A stretch of DNA of 64,000 nt, taken from positions 32,001-96,000 of the forward strand of contig JANRKO010000092.1 of NCBI GenBank assembly GCA_033763455.1. The letters run 5' to 3'. A program made the translations under genes and the position numbers. Positions 48,369-58,606 of the stretch are shown one piece after another. The notes beneath the pieces are model-generated. The model did no database searches, had not been told where the DNA came from, and saw nothing but the letters and a program-made list of their open reading frames with translations. The stretch is from Polyangiaceae bacterium. GTDB lineage: Bacteria > Myxococcota_A > Polyangia > Polyangiales > Polyangiaceae. Every line of letters starts with the position of its first letter. Position 1 is the stretch's first letter.

Positions 48369-49214
48369 TTACTTTACCTGGCAGGCCGTAAACGCATCCC
48401 ACTCTGCGGTGCACGTCGTGGGTGCAGGCTGACCGTTCTGTGCGCACGCTAACGTGAGGGGGGTGCCCGCACACTGCATGAAGGCGGAAAACTCGTTCGC
48501 ACACTTCGCGACGAGCATGTTCTCACAGCTGCACAGACAATCGGGTAAGGCTTCCGGGCTGGAAGGGCAGCGCGCAACCAGAGAGGCTTCGCAGAAGGTA
48601 CGGCACGCGGGCAGATTCGCGGCGCAGCCGAGCCCAATCGCGGCACCACGACACACGTCAAGATCGAAGGTTTGCGGTTGGCATCCCGTGAACACCCGGA
48701 ACGGTTGACACTCAACTTGAGGTTGGTTGCCCGCGCAGGTGAGCAGCGCTGTGAGTACAGGCGAACACGTCTTAGCGATGTTTTCTTCGCAGTCACACAC
48801 GCAGCGATCGTAGGAGTAGCCACAAGTGAGGCTCGCCGCCGAAGCCGTGCAGTAGGCAGCACAATTCGGTGATGCGGTGCACTTGCTAGGCGGCTCTACG
48901 CCTGTGGCTCCCCCCGCGGTTTCCCCTCCCGCACCTCCACTCTGAGCGACCGGCGGAGCACCACCACCACTGATTCCGCCAGTGCTAGCGGCGCCTCCGG
49001 CCGAGTTACCCGCACCTCCCGGCGTGTTGCCCGCTCCGGCCTGCGAGCGCCCACCACTGCCGCTCGGGTTCGGTCCACGAGAGGACCCACCAGCGCCCGA
49101 TGGGAGCCCGTCTCCTGTGTATGCGCGTGGCGTGGAGCTGTTGCCGTTCGAACAGCCAAAGAAAGCCCAAAGGCTTAGGCCGCAGATGGTTTGCTGTACG
49201 CGAGCGTTGATCAT
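48369..49214 (-). CDS. Cys-rich lipoprotein with duplicated helical Cys domain
   Basis: Start ATG 49214, lipobox-like FFGC, Gly linker and two similar C..(Y/F)C...C.C.CE...C units. Confidence 0.78.
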   Translation of the reverse strand: MINARVQQTICGLSLWAFFGCSNGNSSTPRAYTGDGLPSGAGGSSRGPNPSGSGGRSQAGAGNTPGGAGNSAGGAASTGGISGGGAPPVAQSGGAGGETAGGATGVEPPSKCTASPNCAAYCTASAASLTCGYSYDRCVCDCEENIAKTCSPVLTALLTCAGNQPQVECQPFRVFTGCQPQTFDLDVCRGAAIGLGCAANLPACRTFCEASLVARCPSSPEALPDCLCSCENMLVAKCANEFSAFMQCAGTPLTLACAQNGQPAPTTCTAEWDAFTACQVK

Positions 49215-49448
49215 GAACGTAAGCCTGGCGAACGCGGAAGGGAGACGAGTGCCCAAATGGACGCCTTCAAATAGCACGTTTTGCTCGGCTGCGCGCTCGT
49301 AGACCGCCATCGTTGCAAGGCTGCCCCCCTCCCGCGGCCGTCCCCGCCGCGGCTCCCCCCAAGCCCGCTCGCGGCCGGGGGGAGTTTCAGCCTCACAGAA
49401 CCCGCAATGCTGCACCCGGAGTCGCACGCGATGCAGCACCAGCGGCTG

Positions 49449-50420
49449 CTACCCCACGCGAAGCACAAGTTTCCCCAAATTCTCGTTCCGCTCCAGCCGC
49501 TCATGAGCCTGAGCCGCTTCAGCCAACGGAAAAACACTGTCCACCAAGGGCCGCAGCTGACCGCCCGCAAATAGCGGTAAACGTTCACGTACAAAGCGCT
49601 CGGTGAGCGCGATCTTCTCACCCACCGTGCGCGTTCGCATCACCAACCCCAAAATTTCCAAGCGTTTGCTCAGCACCCATTTGAGCTCCAACTCGGCCTG
49701 GCTTCCGCTCAAGAACCCCAAGACCACCCAGCGCCCGCGCGACCTGAGCCCCTTCGCGTGCAGCGCGGCACAGCTCTTTCCTACGAAATCCAAAGCAACA
49801 TCAAAGCCGCCTAGCGCCAGAACTTCCTGTTGCCAGTTTTCGCCGGTGCGCACCACCACGTCATCCGCCCCCAAGCTTCTAACAAAAGCAGCTTTCGCTT
49901 CACTGCCCACCACAGCTAACGTGCGCGCGCCCGAGGCTTTGGCCAACTGCACGGCGGCTGAGCCCACGCCACCCGCTGCGGCGTGAATCAACACCGTTTC
50001 ACCAGCTTCCAGGCGCCCGAGCGTGAACAGCGCTTCGTTGGCTGTAAGGAATGCCTCTGGAATGCCGGCAGCTTCTTCGAATGAAAGGTGCGCCGGTATC
50101 GGCAACAAAGTGCGCGGGTGCGTCGCGGCAAGCTCTGCGTAGCCGCCGCCAGGAAGCAGGCCCATCACTTGGTCCCCGATGGCAACGCCCTCTGCGCGTG
50201 CGCCCAATCTCTCAACCACCCCAGAGAATTCAAGACCCAAGATGTTCGTTACTCCCGGGGGAGGGGGATAGAGCCCTCGCCTCTGCAACAAATCTGCTCG
50301 ATTGAGCGCCGTGGCTCTCACGCGCACAAGTACTTCATCTTCCCCGAGTTCGGGGTCCGGCGCCTCCGCAAGCTTCAGAACTTCAGGGCCACCCACGCCC
50401 GCTGGCACGATGGCTTTCAC
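49449..50420 (-). CDS. NAD(P)H-quinone oxidoreductase (PIG3/zeta-crystallin MDR family)
   Basis: Motifs ALNRADLLQRRGLYPPPPG, LGLEFSG, HAAAGGVG and GKLVL. Confidence 0.95.
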   Translation of the reverse strand: MKAIVPAGVGGPEVLKLAEAPDPELGEDEVLVRVRATALNRADLLQRRGLYPPPPGVTNILGLEFSGVVERLGARAEGVAIGDQVMGLLPGGGYAELAATHPRTLLPIPAHLSFEEAAGIPEAFLTANEALFTLGRLEAGETVLIHAAAGGVGSAAVQLAKASGARTLAVVGSEAKAAFVRSLGADDVVVRTGENWQQEVLALGGFDVALDFVGKSCAALHAKGLRSRGRWVVLGFLSGSQAELELKWVLSKRLEILGLVMRTRTVGEKIALTERFVRERLPLFAGGQLRPLVDSVFPLAEAAQAHERLERNENLGKLVLRVG

Positions 50421-50423
50421 GAG

Positions 50424-51302
50424 TCAGAGCGTCGTCAAGTAAGCTGCGCCGATCACGCCGGCGCGTTCACCCAGTTGACTTACCAGCAGCGGAACTTGAG
50501 CGAGTGGTGGGGCAAAAATATTTTGCGAGAGGTGCTTTCGCACAATCGGCTCCAGCAAATCGAAGGATTGCGAAATGCCCCCGCTGAAGACGACGGCATT
50601 CAAATCCAGCACGTTTTGAATGTTCGCCAGGCCGCGCCCCAAGGCTGCACCCATCATCTCAAAACATTCGACGCCTGCGCGCTCACCGCGCCGCGCGCTA
50701 TCGGCGATGGGCAACACTTCATCAGCCACTCCACCCAGCTCGCGAAACCTGCGAAGAAGGCCCTTCGTGCCGGCGTACGCTTCCATGCAACCTTTGAGGC
50801 CGCAGCCGCACACCCAAGCGTCTGGAGTGCGCATCACGTTCACGTGCCCGATTTCACCTGCGAAGCCGTGAGTACCAGAATAAAGCTGACCACCGAGCAC
50901 TAGGCCTCCGCCGATACCGGTTCCTAGCGTTACCATGAGGAAGCTCGGATGCTTCTGCCCATGACCGTAAAGGCGTTCACCCAGGGCGGCCGTCGTTGCG
51001 TCGTTTTCGACGGCCACAGGGCAACGCACGCGCTTGCCAAGCTCTTGCGCCAAGTTTACCTGTTCAAAGCCAGGCACATTCGGGAGCCGCCAGCAGCGAC
51101 CGTTGGAATCCACTTCCCCCGGGATTGCCAAGCCCACGGCTTTGGGCGTGGGGGTGAGCTCGAATACTGCCTGGGCAATGACATCTAGAATCTCGTCAGC
51201 CGAAAGCCCCGCCCGCGTCGTCACCGCCGTAGATTTCAGTACTTGGCCGTTTTCAACCTGGCCTGCCTTGATGCGTGAACCGCCGAAATCAACGCCAATC
51301 AT
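50424..51302 (-). CDS. ROK family sugar kinase (glucokinase-like)
   Basis: Motifs GVDFGGS, ENDA, LGTGIGGG, AGEIGH and CGCGLKGCME. Confidence 0.95.
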   Translation of the reverse strand: MIGVDFGGSRIKAGQVENGQVLKSTAVTTRAGLSADEILDVIAQAVFELTPTPKAVGLAIPGEVDSNGRCWRLPNVPGFEQVNLAQELGKRVRCPVAVENDATTAALGERLYGHGQKHPSFLMVTLGTGIGGGLVLGGQLYSGTHGFAGEIGHVNVMRTPDAWVCGCGLKGCMEAYAGTKGLLRRFRELGGVADEVLPIADSARRGERAGVECFEMMGAALGRGLANIQNVLDLNAVVFSGGISQSFDLLEPIVRKHLSQNIFAPPLAQVPLLVSQLGERAGVIGAAYLTTL

Positions 51303-51407
51303 CGTTGACGGCGAGAGTGGGGCCTTGGGCCACGGCCTGTCAAGGAAGTCGCCCGGTTTGGGGGTTCGGGCTTTCCCACAGGCCCCTGCGCGTTCAAACT
51401 CCTCCCC

Positions 51408-52244
51408 ATGAAGACCCTCTCCTTGGCCACCTTGAACGTTTGGAACAAGAGTGGCCCGTATGCCGAGCGGCTGCCGTTGATTCGGCGGGAATTGGCCAGG
51501 CTTTCCCCGGATATTTTCGCGGCACAGGAGGTTCTCCGCTTCGACTCGGCTCCCGGCCTGCCCAAAGCGGGCGATCAAGCTGCCGAGATTGCCCACGGCC
51601 TGCAATATTACGTCAGCTATTCCGGCGGATCAGATCTTGGAGGTGGCTTGCGAGTGGGCAACGCGTTGTTCAGCCGCCACCCCATCGAGGAAACGGAGGC
51701 CTTGGTATTGCCAGGCGAGGAAACGGGAGAGAAGCGCACGTTGCTCTACAGCCTCATCCGGACCCCGGTTGGCCTGCTTCCGACGTTTGTTACGCACTTG
51801 AACTGGAAGCATCACGAGGGCAGCGTGCGCCTCCGCCAAGTACTGGCGATTGTCGATGCGGTCCAGGCGCGCACTCGGTCAGCGGAGGATTGGCTTCCCC
51901 CAGTACTCCTCGGTGATTTTAATGCCGAGCCCGCCGCCGACGAAATCCGGTACCTTTCGGGCCTACATGTGGTCGAGGGCAAGAGCGTATTTTTCAACGA
52001 TGTGTGGCGTTGTCGAGGAGAGGGGCCTGGGTTTACCTTTGATCGGCAGAACCCATTCGCGGCTCTAGCGCGCGAGCCACCTCGCCGCATCGACTACATT
52101 TTTGTTGGGGCGCCCGATCGCTGGTGGCGCGGGGAGCCTCAGCGGGCCGAGCTCGCGTTCAACCAGGCTGAGGCCGGCATATTCCCCTCCGATCACTTCG
52201 GGTTAAGCTGCGAAATTAGCGTGGAAAAGCGCGGCCATGGCTGA
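51408..52244 (+). CDS. Endonuclease/exonuclease/phosphatase (EEP) family protein
   Basis: Motifs TLNVW, AQEV, THL, GDFNA, RIDYIF and SDH. Confidence 0.93.
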   Translation: MKTLSLATLNVWNKSGPYAERLPLIRRELARLSPDIFAAQEVLRFDSAPGLPKAGDQAAEIAHGLQYYVSYSGGSDLGGGLRVGNALFSRHPIEETEALVLPGEETGEKRTLLYSLIRTPVGLLPTFVTHLNWKHHEGSVRLRQVLAIVDAVQARTRSAEDWLPPVLLGDFNAEPAADEIRYLSGLHVVEGKSVFFNDVWRCRGEGPGFTFDRQNPFAALAREPPRRIDYIFVGAPDRWWRGEPQRAELAFNQAEAGIFPSDHFGLSCEISVEKRGHG

Positions 52245-52293
52245 GCCCTTTGCGTTTTTCGGGCGCGAAGGCTAAGCGTCCCCCGAGGAACCC

Positions 52294-52605
52294 ATGAAAC
52301 ACGCTGTTTCCCACGATCTCGGTCTTGCACGGGCCAAACAGGTGGCCCAAGCCGCCTTTGATGCCTACACGGCCAAGTTTAGCCAATACAACCCCAAAGC
52401 TGTCTGGCGGGACGAGCGTCGGGCAGACATAGGCTTCAATGTGAAGGGGATGTCGCTTTCCGGCACGATGGAAGTGAACGACACCAGCATCACGATGGAT
52501 CTCGAGGTTCCGTTTCTCCTTCGCCCGTTTAAGGGTACGGCGCTTGGCGTGATTGAAAAAGAAATCCAAGAGTGGATCCAAAAGGCCAAATTAGGCCAGC
52601 TCTAG
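52294..52605 (+). CDS. Polyhydroxyalkanoate-system family small protein (PHA_gran_rgn-like)
   Basis: 103 aa with HDLGLARAK N-terminus and VPFLLRPFKG...IEKEI C-terminus. Confidence 0.75.
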   Translation: MKHAVSHDLGLARAKQVAQAAFDAYTAKFSQYNPKAVWRDERRADIGFNVKGMSLSGTMEVNDTSITMDLEVPFLLRPFKGTALGVIEKEIQEWIQKAKLGQL

Positions 52606-52660
52606 TCCATGTAGCCCAAAAGGCGCGGCAAAATGCGGAGTGGTCAACGCGGCCTAACGA

Positions 52661-55147
52661 ATGTTAGAAGGCGCGGTTGTGAATCAGAAGATCCTCGAAA
52701 AGTTGCACGATGAGCTCCCCCTAGATTGGGAGAGTGTCCAGAAGAGTTTCCTACAGCATATCCAACACACCCAAGGTAAGCATCCCAACGCAGCGACTCC
52801 GCTGGACCACTATGTATCAGCGGTGCGCGTGGCTCGAGATCGCTGCTTCGACCGTTGGACGCGCACGTGGCGCGAACGCAAGGAGACTCAGCCTAAGCAG
52901 GTCTACTACCTATCGATGGAGTTCTTGCTGGGCCGCTTGTTGGAAGATGGGCTTCTGAATCTCGGCATCCGTGATGCGCTCGCAAAGGCGCTGGCAGATG
53001 TGGGCATCGACCTCTCTAAGGTGTTGGAAGAGGAGCAAGATGCGGGTCTCGGCAACGGTGGGTTGGGGCGCCTGGCGGCGTGCTTTATGGACTCGATGGC
53101 GAGCCTGGGGGTTGTAGCGATGGGCTACGGGCTTCGCTACGAATACGGGATTTTTCGACAAGAGATTGTTGGCGGCAGCCAACAAGAAAAGCCTGATCAC
53201 TGGTTGGAGCATGGTAACCCGTGGGAAATCGAGCGTCCTGAGCGCAGGTTCAAGGTGCAATTCGGCGGTCGCGTGATCCACTACACCAACGCGGAAGGCC
53301 GAAGGATCCACGAATGGATCGATACCTACGATGTCTACGCCATGGCGTACGACACGCCTGTGGTCGGCTACCGCAACAACGTGATCAACACGTTGCGCCT
53401 TTGGGCTGCCAAAGCCAGCCAAGATTTCGACATCTCCTACTTCAACCGTGGCGACTACATCAAAGCCGTCGAGGAAAAGAGCGCAACTGAGAACATCACG
53501 CGCGTTCTTTACCCGAATGACAACGAGATTGCCGGCAAGGAGTTACGGCTGAAGCAGGAGTACTTCTTGGTTTCCGCTACCCTTCAAGATGCTTTGCGGC
53601 GACATTTGGAGGCGCACCCGACCCCTGAAAATCTGCCTGATCTCGCGATTTTTCAGCTGAATGATACGCACCCGGCGCTCGCGATTGTGGAGCTGATGCG
53701 GCTGCTCGTGGATCAATACGGCATCGAACGGGAGCGGGCCTGGGAAATCACGCGGCGCTCAATGGCTTACACCAACCACACGGTGTTGCCCGAGGCGCTT
53801 GAGAAGTGGCCGGTGTGGTTAATGGAGCGGCTTTTGCCCCGGCACATGCAGATTATCTACGACATCAACCACAATTTCTTGGGCGAGATGCGTAAGAAAT
53901 ACCCCGCAGATGCCGAGAAGCTCGGGCGTGTTTCGCTCGTGGAAGAAGGCTCGGAGCGGCGCGTACGTATGGCGAATTTGGCCGTGGTGGGTTCCAGCCG
54001 GGTGAACGGCGTTTCGGCGCTTCACAGCCGGTTGATTCGCGAAGAGCTATTTGCTGATTTCGACGAACACGAGCCAGGCAAATTCATCAACGTTACCAAC
54101 GGCGTCACTCCGCGGCGTTGGCTGTTGAAATGCAATCCAGGGCTCGCCGCGCTCATCACGGGTTCCATCGGTGACGGTTGGGTTCGGGATTTGAGTCAGC
54201 TGGAGCGCTTGGAGCCTTACGCGGAAGATTCAGCATTTCAGGCCGCATTTCGCGCGGTTAAGGCCAAGAATAAGGAGCGCCTAGCCTCGTTTTTGTGGGA
54301 AGAGCACCGTGTCGAGTTGCCGCTTGGTTCAATCGTAGATAGCCACGTTAAGCGCATTCACGAGTATAAGCGCCAGCTGCTTAATATCTTGCACGTGATT
54401 TCGCTTTATCTGCGCTATCAGAAGAGTGAGCCAGTGGGCAGGCCTCCGCGCACGTTTGTGTTCGCGGGCAAGGCTGCTCCGGGGTACGAAATGGCCAAGC
54501 GTATCATTCACTTGATAACTTCGGTGGCTAACGTCGTGAACCACGATCCTATCATCCGCCAATACTTGCGCGTGATCTTTGTGCCGGACTACAAAGTGAG
54601 TGTGGCCGAACTGATTATCCCGGCTACAGATGTTTCCGAGCAGATCTCCACGGCAGGCATGGAGGCTTCCGGCACGGGCAACATGAAGTTCGCGTTGAAC
54701 GGAGCCCTCACCATCGGCACTCTCGATGGCGCCAATGTGGAAATGCGCGAAGCCGTCCATGGCGAGAACATGTTCATCTTTGGGCTTGAAACCGAAGAGG
54801 TCGCCGCCGCGCGGCGCGCGGGTCAGGATCCCTGGCAACTCTATTATTCTGAGCCGGAATTGCGGGCGGTCTTGGATGCTGTGTCGAGCGGGATGTTCTC
54901 CCCCGACAGCCCTTCGCGCTTTCGACCCACCGTAGATGCTCTGCTTTCCGGCGGGGACTACTACATGGTGTTGGCGGATTTCCTGAGCTACAGCGCTTGC
55001 CAGCGTGCTGTTGAAGATGCCTATGGCAACCCACAGCTCTGGACCCGGAAAGCCATTCTGAACGTCGCCCGCATGGGCTCGTTCTCAAGCGACAACAGCA
55101 TTCGTCGCTATGCACGTGAGGTTTGGAACGTGCCGTGCTCGGGCTAG
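52661..55147 (+). CDS. glgP: Glycogen/alpha-glucan phosphorylase
   Basis: Motifs GLGNGGLGRLAACF, QLNDTHP, KRIHEYKRQ and EASGTGNMKF (PLP lysine). Confidence 0.98.
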   Translation: MLEGAVVNQKILEKLHDELPLDWESVQKSFLQHIQHTQGKHPNAATPLDHYVSAVRVARDRCFDRWTRTWRERKETQPKQVYYLSMEFLLGRLLEDGLLNLGIRDALAKALADVGIDLSKVLEEEQDAGLGNGGLGRLAACFMDSMASLGVVAMGYGLRYEYGIFRQEIVGGSQQEKPDHWLEHGNPWEIERPERRFKVQFGGRVIHYTNAEGRRIHEWIDTYDVYAMAYDTPVVGYRNNVINTLRLWAAKASQDFDISYFNRGDYIKAVEEKSATENITRVLYPNDNEIAGKELRLKQEYFLVSATLQDALRRHLEAHPTPENLPDLAIFQLNDTHPALAIVELMRLLVDQYGIERERAWEITRRSMAYTNHTVLPEALEKWPVWLMERLLPRHMQIIYDINHNFLGEMRKKYPADAEKLGRVSLVEEGSERRVRMANLAVVGSSRVNGVSALHSRLIREELFADFDEHEPGKFINVTNGVTPRRWLLKCNPGLAALITGSIGDGWVRDLSQLERLEPYAEDSAFQAAFRAVKAKNKERLASFLWEEHRVELPLGSIVDSHVKRIHEYKRQLLNILHVISLYLRYQKSEPVGRPPRTFVFAGKAAPGYEMAKRIIHLITSVANVVNHDPIIRQYLRVIFVPDYKVSVAELIIPATDVSEQISTAGMEASGTGNMKFALNGALTIGTLDGANVEMREAVHGENMFIFGLETEEVAAARRAGQDPWQLYYSEPELRAVLDAVSSGMFSPDSPSRFRPTVDALLSGGDYYMVLADFLSYSACQRAVEDAYGNPQLWTRKAILNVARMGSFSSDNSIRRYAREVWNVPCSG

Positions 55148-55276
55148 CAGGCCGGCGGTAGGTTCGCCAAAGCCACGTTGTGGACTACCCGTACTGCACT
55201 CCCATTGGCTTCCTCGCTTACCCGATGGATGCTTGGGGGGCTGTTGGATTTTGCTAGGCGGCACCAGGATAGTGGC

Positions 55277-55795
55277 ATGTTAGTTCGTGGATGGTATTTA
55301 ACTTTGGCTCTTGGGTTACCTGCTTGTGGAGGCGCGCAACCTCCGGCGGTCGAGCCTGCTTCAGTTCGAACGGCTGCAGTCGCGCCGGCCTCGGCCGATG
55401 AGGCGCCCGAAGCGACCAGTAGTGCTTGGCAGAAGATGGGTTTTGATGAGCGGCGTAAGTTCATGGCCACCGTGGTTTATCCACAAATGGCGCAGCTATT
55501 CGCTGACTTTGCGCCGGCCGAATATGCGGGTGAAAACGAAGACGGCGAGCCGAAGTTTCAGTGTGAAACCTGCCACGGTGAGAACATGAAGGCGGTGAAG
55601 TTCAAGATGCCCAACACGCTCCGTCCGCTTTCCACGCCCAACCCCATCCCCGGCGCCATGGAGTATGACGCTCACATGACGGAATTCATGCTGAAAACGG
55701 TGACCCCGAAGATGGCAGGGCTTCTGGGGAGGCCGGCAGCGAGCGCCGAGCGCCCCGACGGTTTCGGCTGTTTTGGTTGCCATCAGAAAGAGTAG
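55277..55795 (+). CDS. Di-heme c-type cytochrome lipoprotein of unknown function
   Basis: Lipobox LPAC; CETCH and CFGCH motifs; several Met as candidate axial ligands. Start moved to ATG 55277. Confidence 0.82.
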   Translation: MLVRGWYLTLALGLPACGGAQPPAVEPASVRTAAVAPASADEAPEATSSAWQKMGFDERRKFMATVVYPQMAQLFADFAPAEYAGENEDGEPKFQCETCHGENMKAVKFKMPNTLRPLSTPNPIPGAMEYDAHMTEFMLKTVTPKMAGLLGRPAASAERPDGFGCFGCHQKE

Positions 55796-55845
55796 GGGCC
55801 AATTTGCCCCGCTTGGCCGGGGACTTCGGGTAAAGTCCCTGCCGG

Positions 55846-57351
55846 ATGGTAGACGACCGCGAGTACCTACGCCTGGAGAAGGAGCGAGACCTCTACCTTG
55901 GCCTCTTGCGCCTTAATGCTGAGTCCAACCCAGAGCCCTTCTTAGAGACGGCTCTGGCGTTGATCGTCGAGACGTCTGGAGCTCAGCAAGGTTATCTGGA
56001 GGTCTTCAACCAGGACGGAGGGGAGGCAAGGTGGTGGCGCGCGGCGGGCTGTTCTGAAGAGGATGTGGAACACATTCGGCGTTTGGTATCGCGGGGGATA
56101 ATTGCCGAAGCGGTCGCGTCGGGGGAAGTGGTGATGACACCCTCGGCTCTTTTGGATCCGCGCTTTAAAGAGCGAGCCAGTGTGCAACGGTCAAAGATCG
56201 ACGCCGTATTGTGCGCTCCCATCGGTGCGGACACGCCACTTGGGGTCCTCTATTTACTACGCCAGGATCGCCCGGGTGTGTTTGATAGCGACGAGCTGGC
56301 GCGCGCGAAGCTCTTCACGCGACATTTGGCGCCGCTCGTGGAAAAACTGTTCACCGAGTTGGGGCGCTCGGAGGACGACCCTACGCGCCCCTTTCGTGCT
56401 CAAATCAGCGCAAATTCAGTCGTGGGAAAGAGCCGCGCGGTGGCCGCCTTGCTGGAAGAGGTTGCGGCCTTGGCCAAGCTCGACGTCGGCGTCTTGATCA
56501 TGGGGGAGACTGGCACCGGCAAAACGCAGATTGGGAGGGTGATCCATGAAAACAGTTCGCGTTCGGCGTACCCGCTGGTGGAGGTGAACTGCGCCGCCAT
56601 CCCCGAGCAGCTCCTCGAAAGCGAACTATTTGGTGCAATGCCAGGTTCTCACGCCACGGCGGTGAAGCGCCGCGAGGGCAAGGTTGCTGCAGCCCAAGGT
56701 GGCACGCTCGTGCTCGATGAGATTGGTGAGCTGGCGCTGGGCTCGCAAGCGAAGCTTCTACAGTTGCTTCAAGACAAAGAGTACTTTCCACTTGGGGCAG
56801 CGCGTTCGGTTTCCGCCAACGTGCGCGTGATAGCCACCACGAACGTCGACCTGAAACAAGCGGTGGCGGACGGCACTTTCCGCAAAGATCTGTACTATCG
56901 CCTGCAAATCGTGAGCTTTCGTGTGCCATCCATTCGGGAACGCCCTGAAGATCTACCGCTTTTGGCCGCACACTTTTGCGAGCGAGCTCAGCAGAACCAC
57001 GGCTTTTCGGGGCTCACGCTTTCTCCTGGCGCCGTGCGAGCGCTCACCTCCGCGGAATGGCCCGGCAATATCCGGGAGCTTTCGCACACCATTGAGGCTG
57101 CTGCCATCCGCGCTGCCAGCCGAGGCCTACACCAGATCGACGCCGAACACTTGTTCCCTGAGACGGCGCACGGTGCTCCCGAAGCACAGTCACTCACCTT
57201 CCAGGAAGAGACCCGGCGCTTTCAAGCCGAGCTCGTGCGTCGCGCACTTGATGCTACAGAATGGAACGTGAGTGCCACGGCCCGCCAACTCGACCTCACC
57301 CGTGCGCATCTCTACAATCTGATCAAGACGTTTGGCATCAGCCGCCGCTAG
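55846..57351 (+). CDS. GAF-domain sigma-54-type (Fis family) enhancer-binding protein with non-canonical L1 loop
   Basis: GAF domain; GETGTGKT; ESELFG; GSHATA in place of GAFTGA; LDEIGE; FRKDLYYRL; WPGNIREL; C-terminal HTH. Confidence 0.93.
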   Translation: MVDDREYLRLEKERDLYLGLLRLNAESNPEPFLETALALIVETSGAQQGYLEVFNQDGGEARWWRAAGCSEEDVEHIRRLVSRGIIAEAVASGEVVMTPSALLDPRFKERASVQRSKIDAVLCAPIGADTPLGVLYLLRQDRPGVFDSDELARAKLFTRHLAPLVEKLFTELGRSEDDPTRPFRAQISANSVVGKSRAVAALLEEVAALAKLDVGVLIMGETGTGKTQIGRVIHENSSRSAYPLVEVNCAAIPEQLLESELFGAMPGSHATAVKRREGKVAAAQGGTLVLDEIGELALGSQAKLLQLLQDKEYFPLGAARSVSANVRVIATTNVDLKQAVADGTFRKDLYYRLQIVSFRVPSIRERPEDLPLLAAHFCERAQQNHGFSGLTLSPGAVRALTSAEWPGNIRELSHTIEAAAIRAASRGLHQIDAEHLFPETAHGAPEAQSLTFQEETRRFQAELVRRALDATEWNVSATARQLDLTRAHLYNLIKTFGISRR

Positions 57352-57457
57352 GGGTGAGCTGTAGTTCGGTAGCGTGTCTTGTTAATTCGATGTTGATAGG
57401 CGTTTCAGGTTCTCATCGCATACGCTGCTTTTGGATTGTTGGGTGGGCCCATGCATC

Positions 57458-58606
57458 TCAGCCCAGCACCGTATCGAGCTCGCCCACCGGCACGACTTCA
57501 ACATTCTTCTGCAGCGCGTAGCGCTTTGGGCCCGGGTATACGACGAACAGGCAGCGCAGCCCGAGGTCGGCCAGGGCCACGTGCATGGACTTGGTCATGC
57601 CGGGCGCGTCGCTCCATTTGACCTCGATCCCGATCGGCGCGCGGCCCCTTTGCACGAGGATGTCGAGCTCTGCCCCCGCGTGCGTCGCCCAGAAGTAAAC
57701 GTTGCGATCCCCGGTGCGACGGATCACTTCCTCCAAAACAAATCCTTCCCACGATGCCCCCAGCTTCGGGTGGCCCGTGAGCTCGCGGGTGCTGTGAATG
57801 CCCAAGAGCGCGTGCAACAAGCCTGAGTCGCGAATGAAGATCTTGGGAGCTTTTATCAGCCTCTTCTCCATGTTTGGCAGCCACGGCTGAAGCTGGCGAA
57901 CGATCAGCGCGCCACTGAGAATATCAAGATGGCGCTTCACCGTGGGATAGGTCTCGCCGAGCGCGGCGCTGAGCTCGGCGCCGTTCCAGAGTTGCGCGTG
58001 GCGGTGGGCGAGCATGGTCCACAGGCGCCGCAGCTGGACAGGCGATTTCACTCCAACCCCCAATTGGTTGATGTCTCGCTCCAGGAAGGTGCGGATGAAA
58101 TCCTCACGCCAGCCGAAGCTCTCGGCGTCGCCGCGCGCCAAATAGGAACGGGGAAACCCGCCGCGTGTCCACAGCTTTCGCTGATGCTCGGCGCCGACCT
58201 CCGCGAGCGAGAAGCCGCCGAGCTCGACGAAGCGAATACGCCCCGCGAGCGTCTCGGAGCCTTGCCGAAGCAGCTCCGGTGAGGCGCTGCCCAGTACCAA
58301 GAAGCGTGCGGGGCAGGGGCGACGATCAGCTAACACACGCAAAATGGGGAACAGCTCCGGCTGCCTTTGCACCTCATCTATGACCACGAGCCCGCGCAGG
58401 CCTTCGAGAGCGGTCATCGGCTCTGATAAGCGTTGTGCGTCCCGAGGGTCCTCGAGATCGAAGCGTTCGCCGCGCTGAGTCTTCAGGATCTGGGCGGCCA
58501 GGGTCGTCTTACCGGACTGCCGGGGCCCCAAGAGCGCCACCACCGGATTTCCGCGCAAGAGCGTCGAGACTTGGGCCAGCAGGTTAGGCCGAGCTAGCAC
58601 CTTCAT
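57458..58606 (-). CDS. AAA_14 ATPase with C-terminal DUF4143 (PD-(D/E)xK-like) domain
   Basis: Motifs GPRQSGKTT, IDEVQR, LGSAS, SETLAGR, RGGFP, KAPKIFIRDSGL and ELD...IEVK. Confidence 0.93.
   Translation of the reverse strand: MKVLARPNLLAQVSTLLRGNPVVALLGPRQSGKTTLAAQILKTQRGERFDLEDPRDAQRLSEPMTALEGLRGLVVIDEVQRQPELFPILRVLADRRPCPARFLVLGSASPELLRQGSETLAGRIRFVELGGFSLAEVGAEHQRKLWTRGGFPRSYLARGDAESFGWREDFIRTFLERDINQLGVGVKSPVQLRRLWTMLAHRHAQLWNGAELSAALGETYPTVKRHLDILSGALIVRQLQPWLPNMEKRLIKAPKIFIRDSGLLHALLGIHSTRELTGHPKLGASWEGFVLEEVIRRTGDRNVYFWATHAGAELDILVQRGRAPIGIEVKWSDAPGMTKSMHVALADLGLRCLFVVYPGPKRYALQKNVEVVPVGELDTVLG

Noticed and set aside
49320..49390. GC-rich hairpins between the Cys-rich lipoprotein and quinone oxidoreductase genes as a riboswitch or ncRNA
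   Set aside because: No recognisable conserved RNA motif; could simply be a terminator or REP-like stem.
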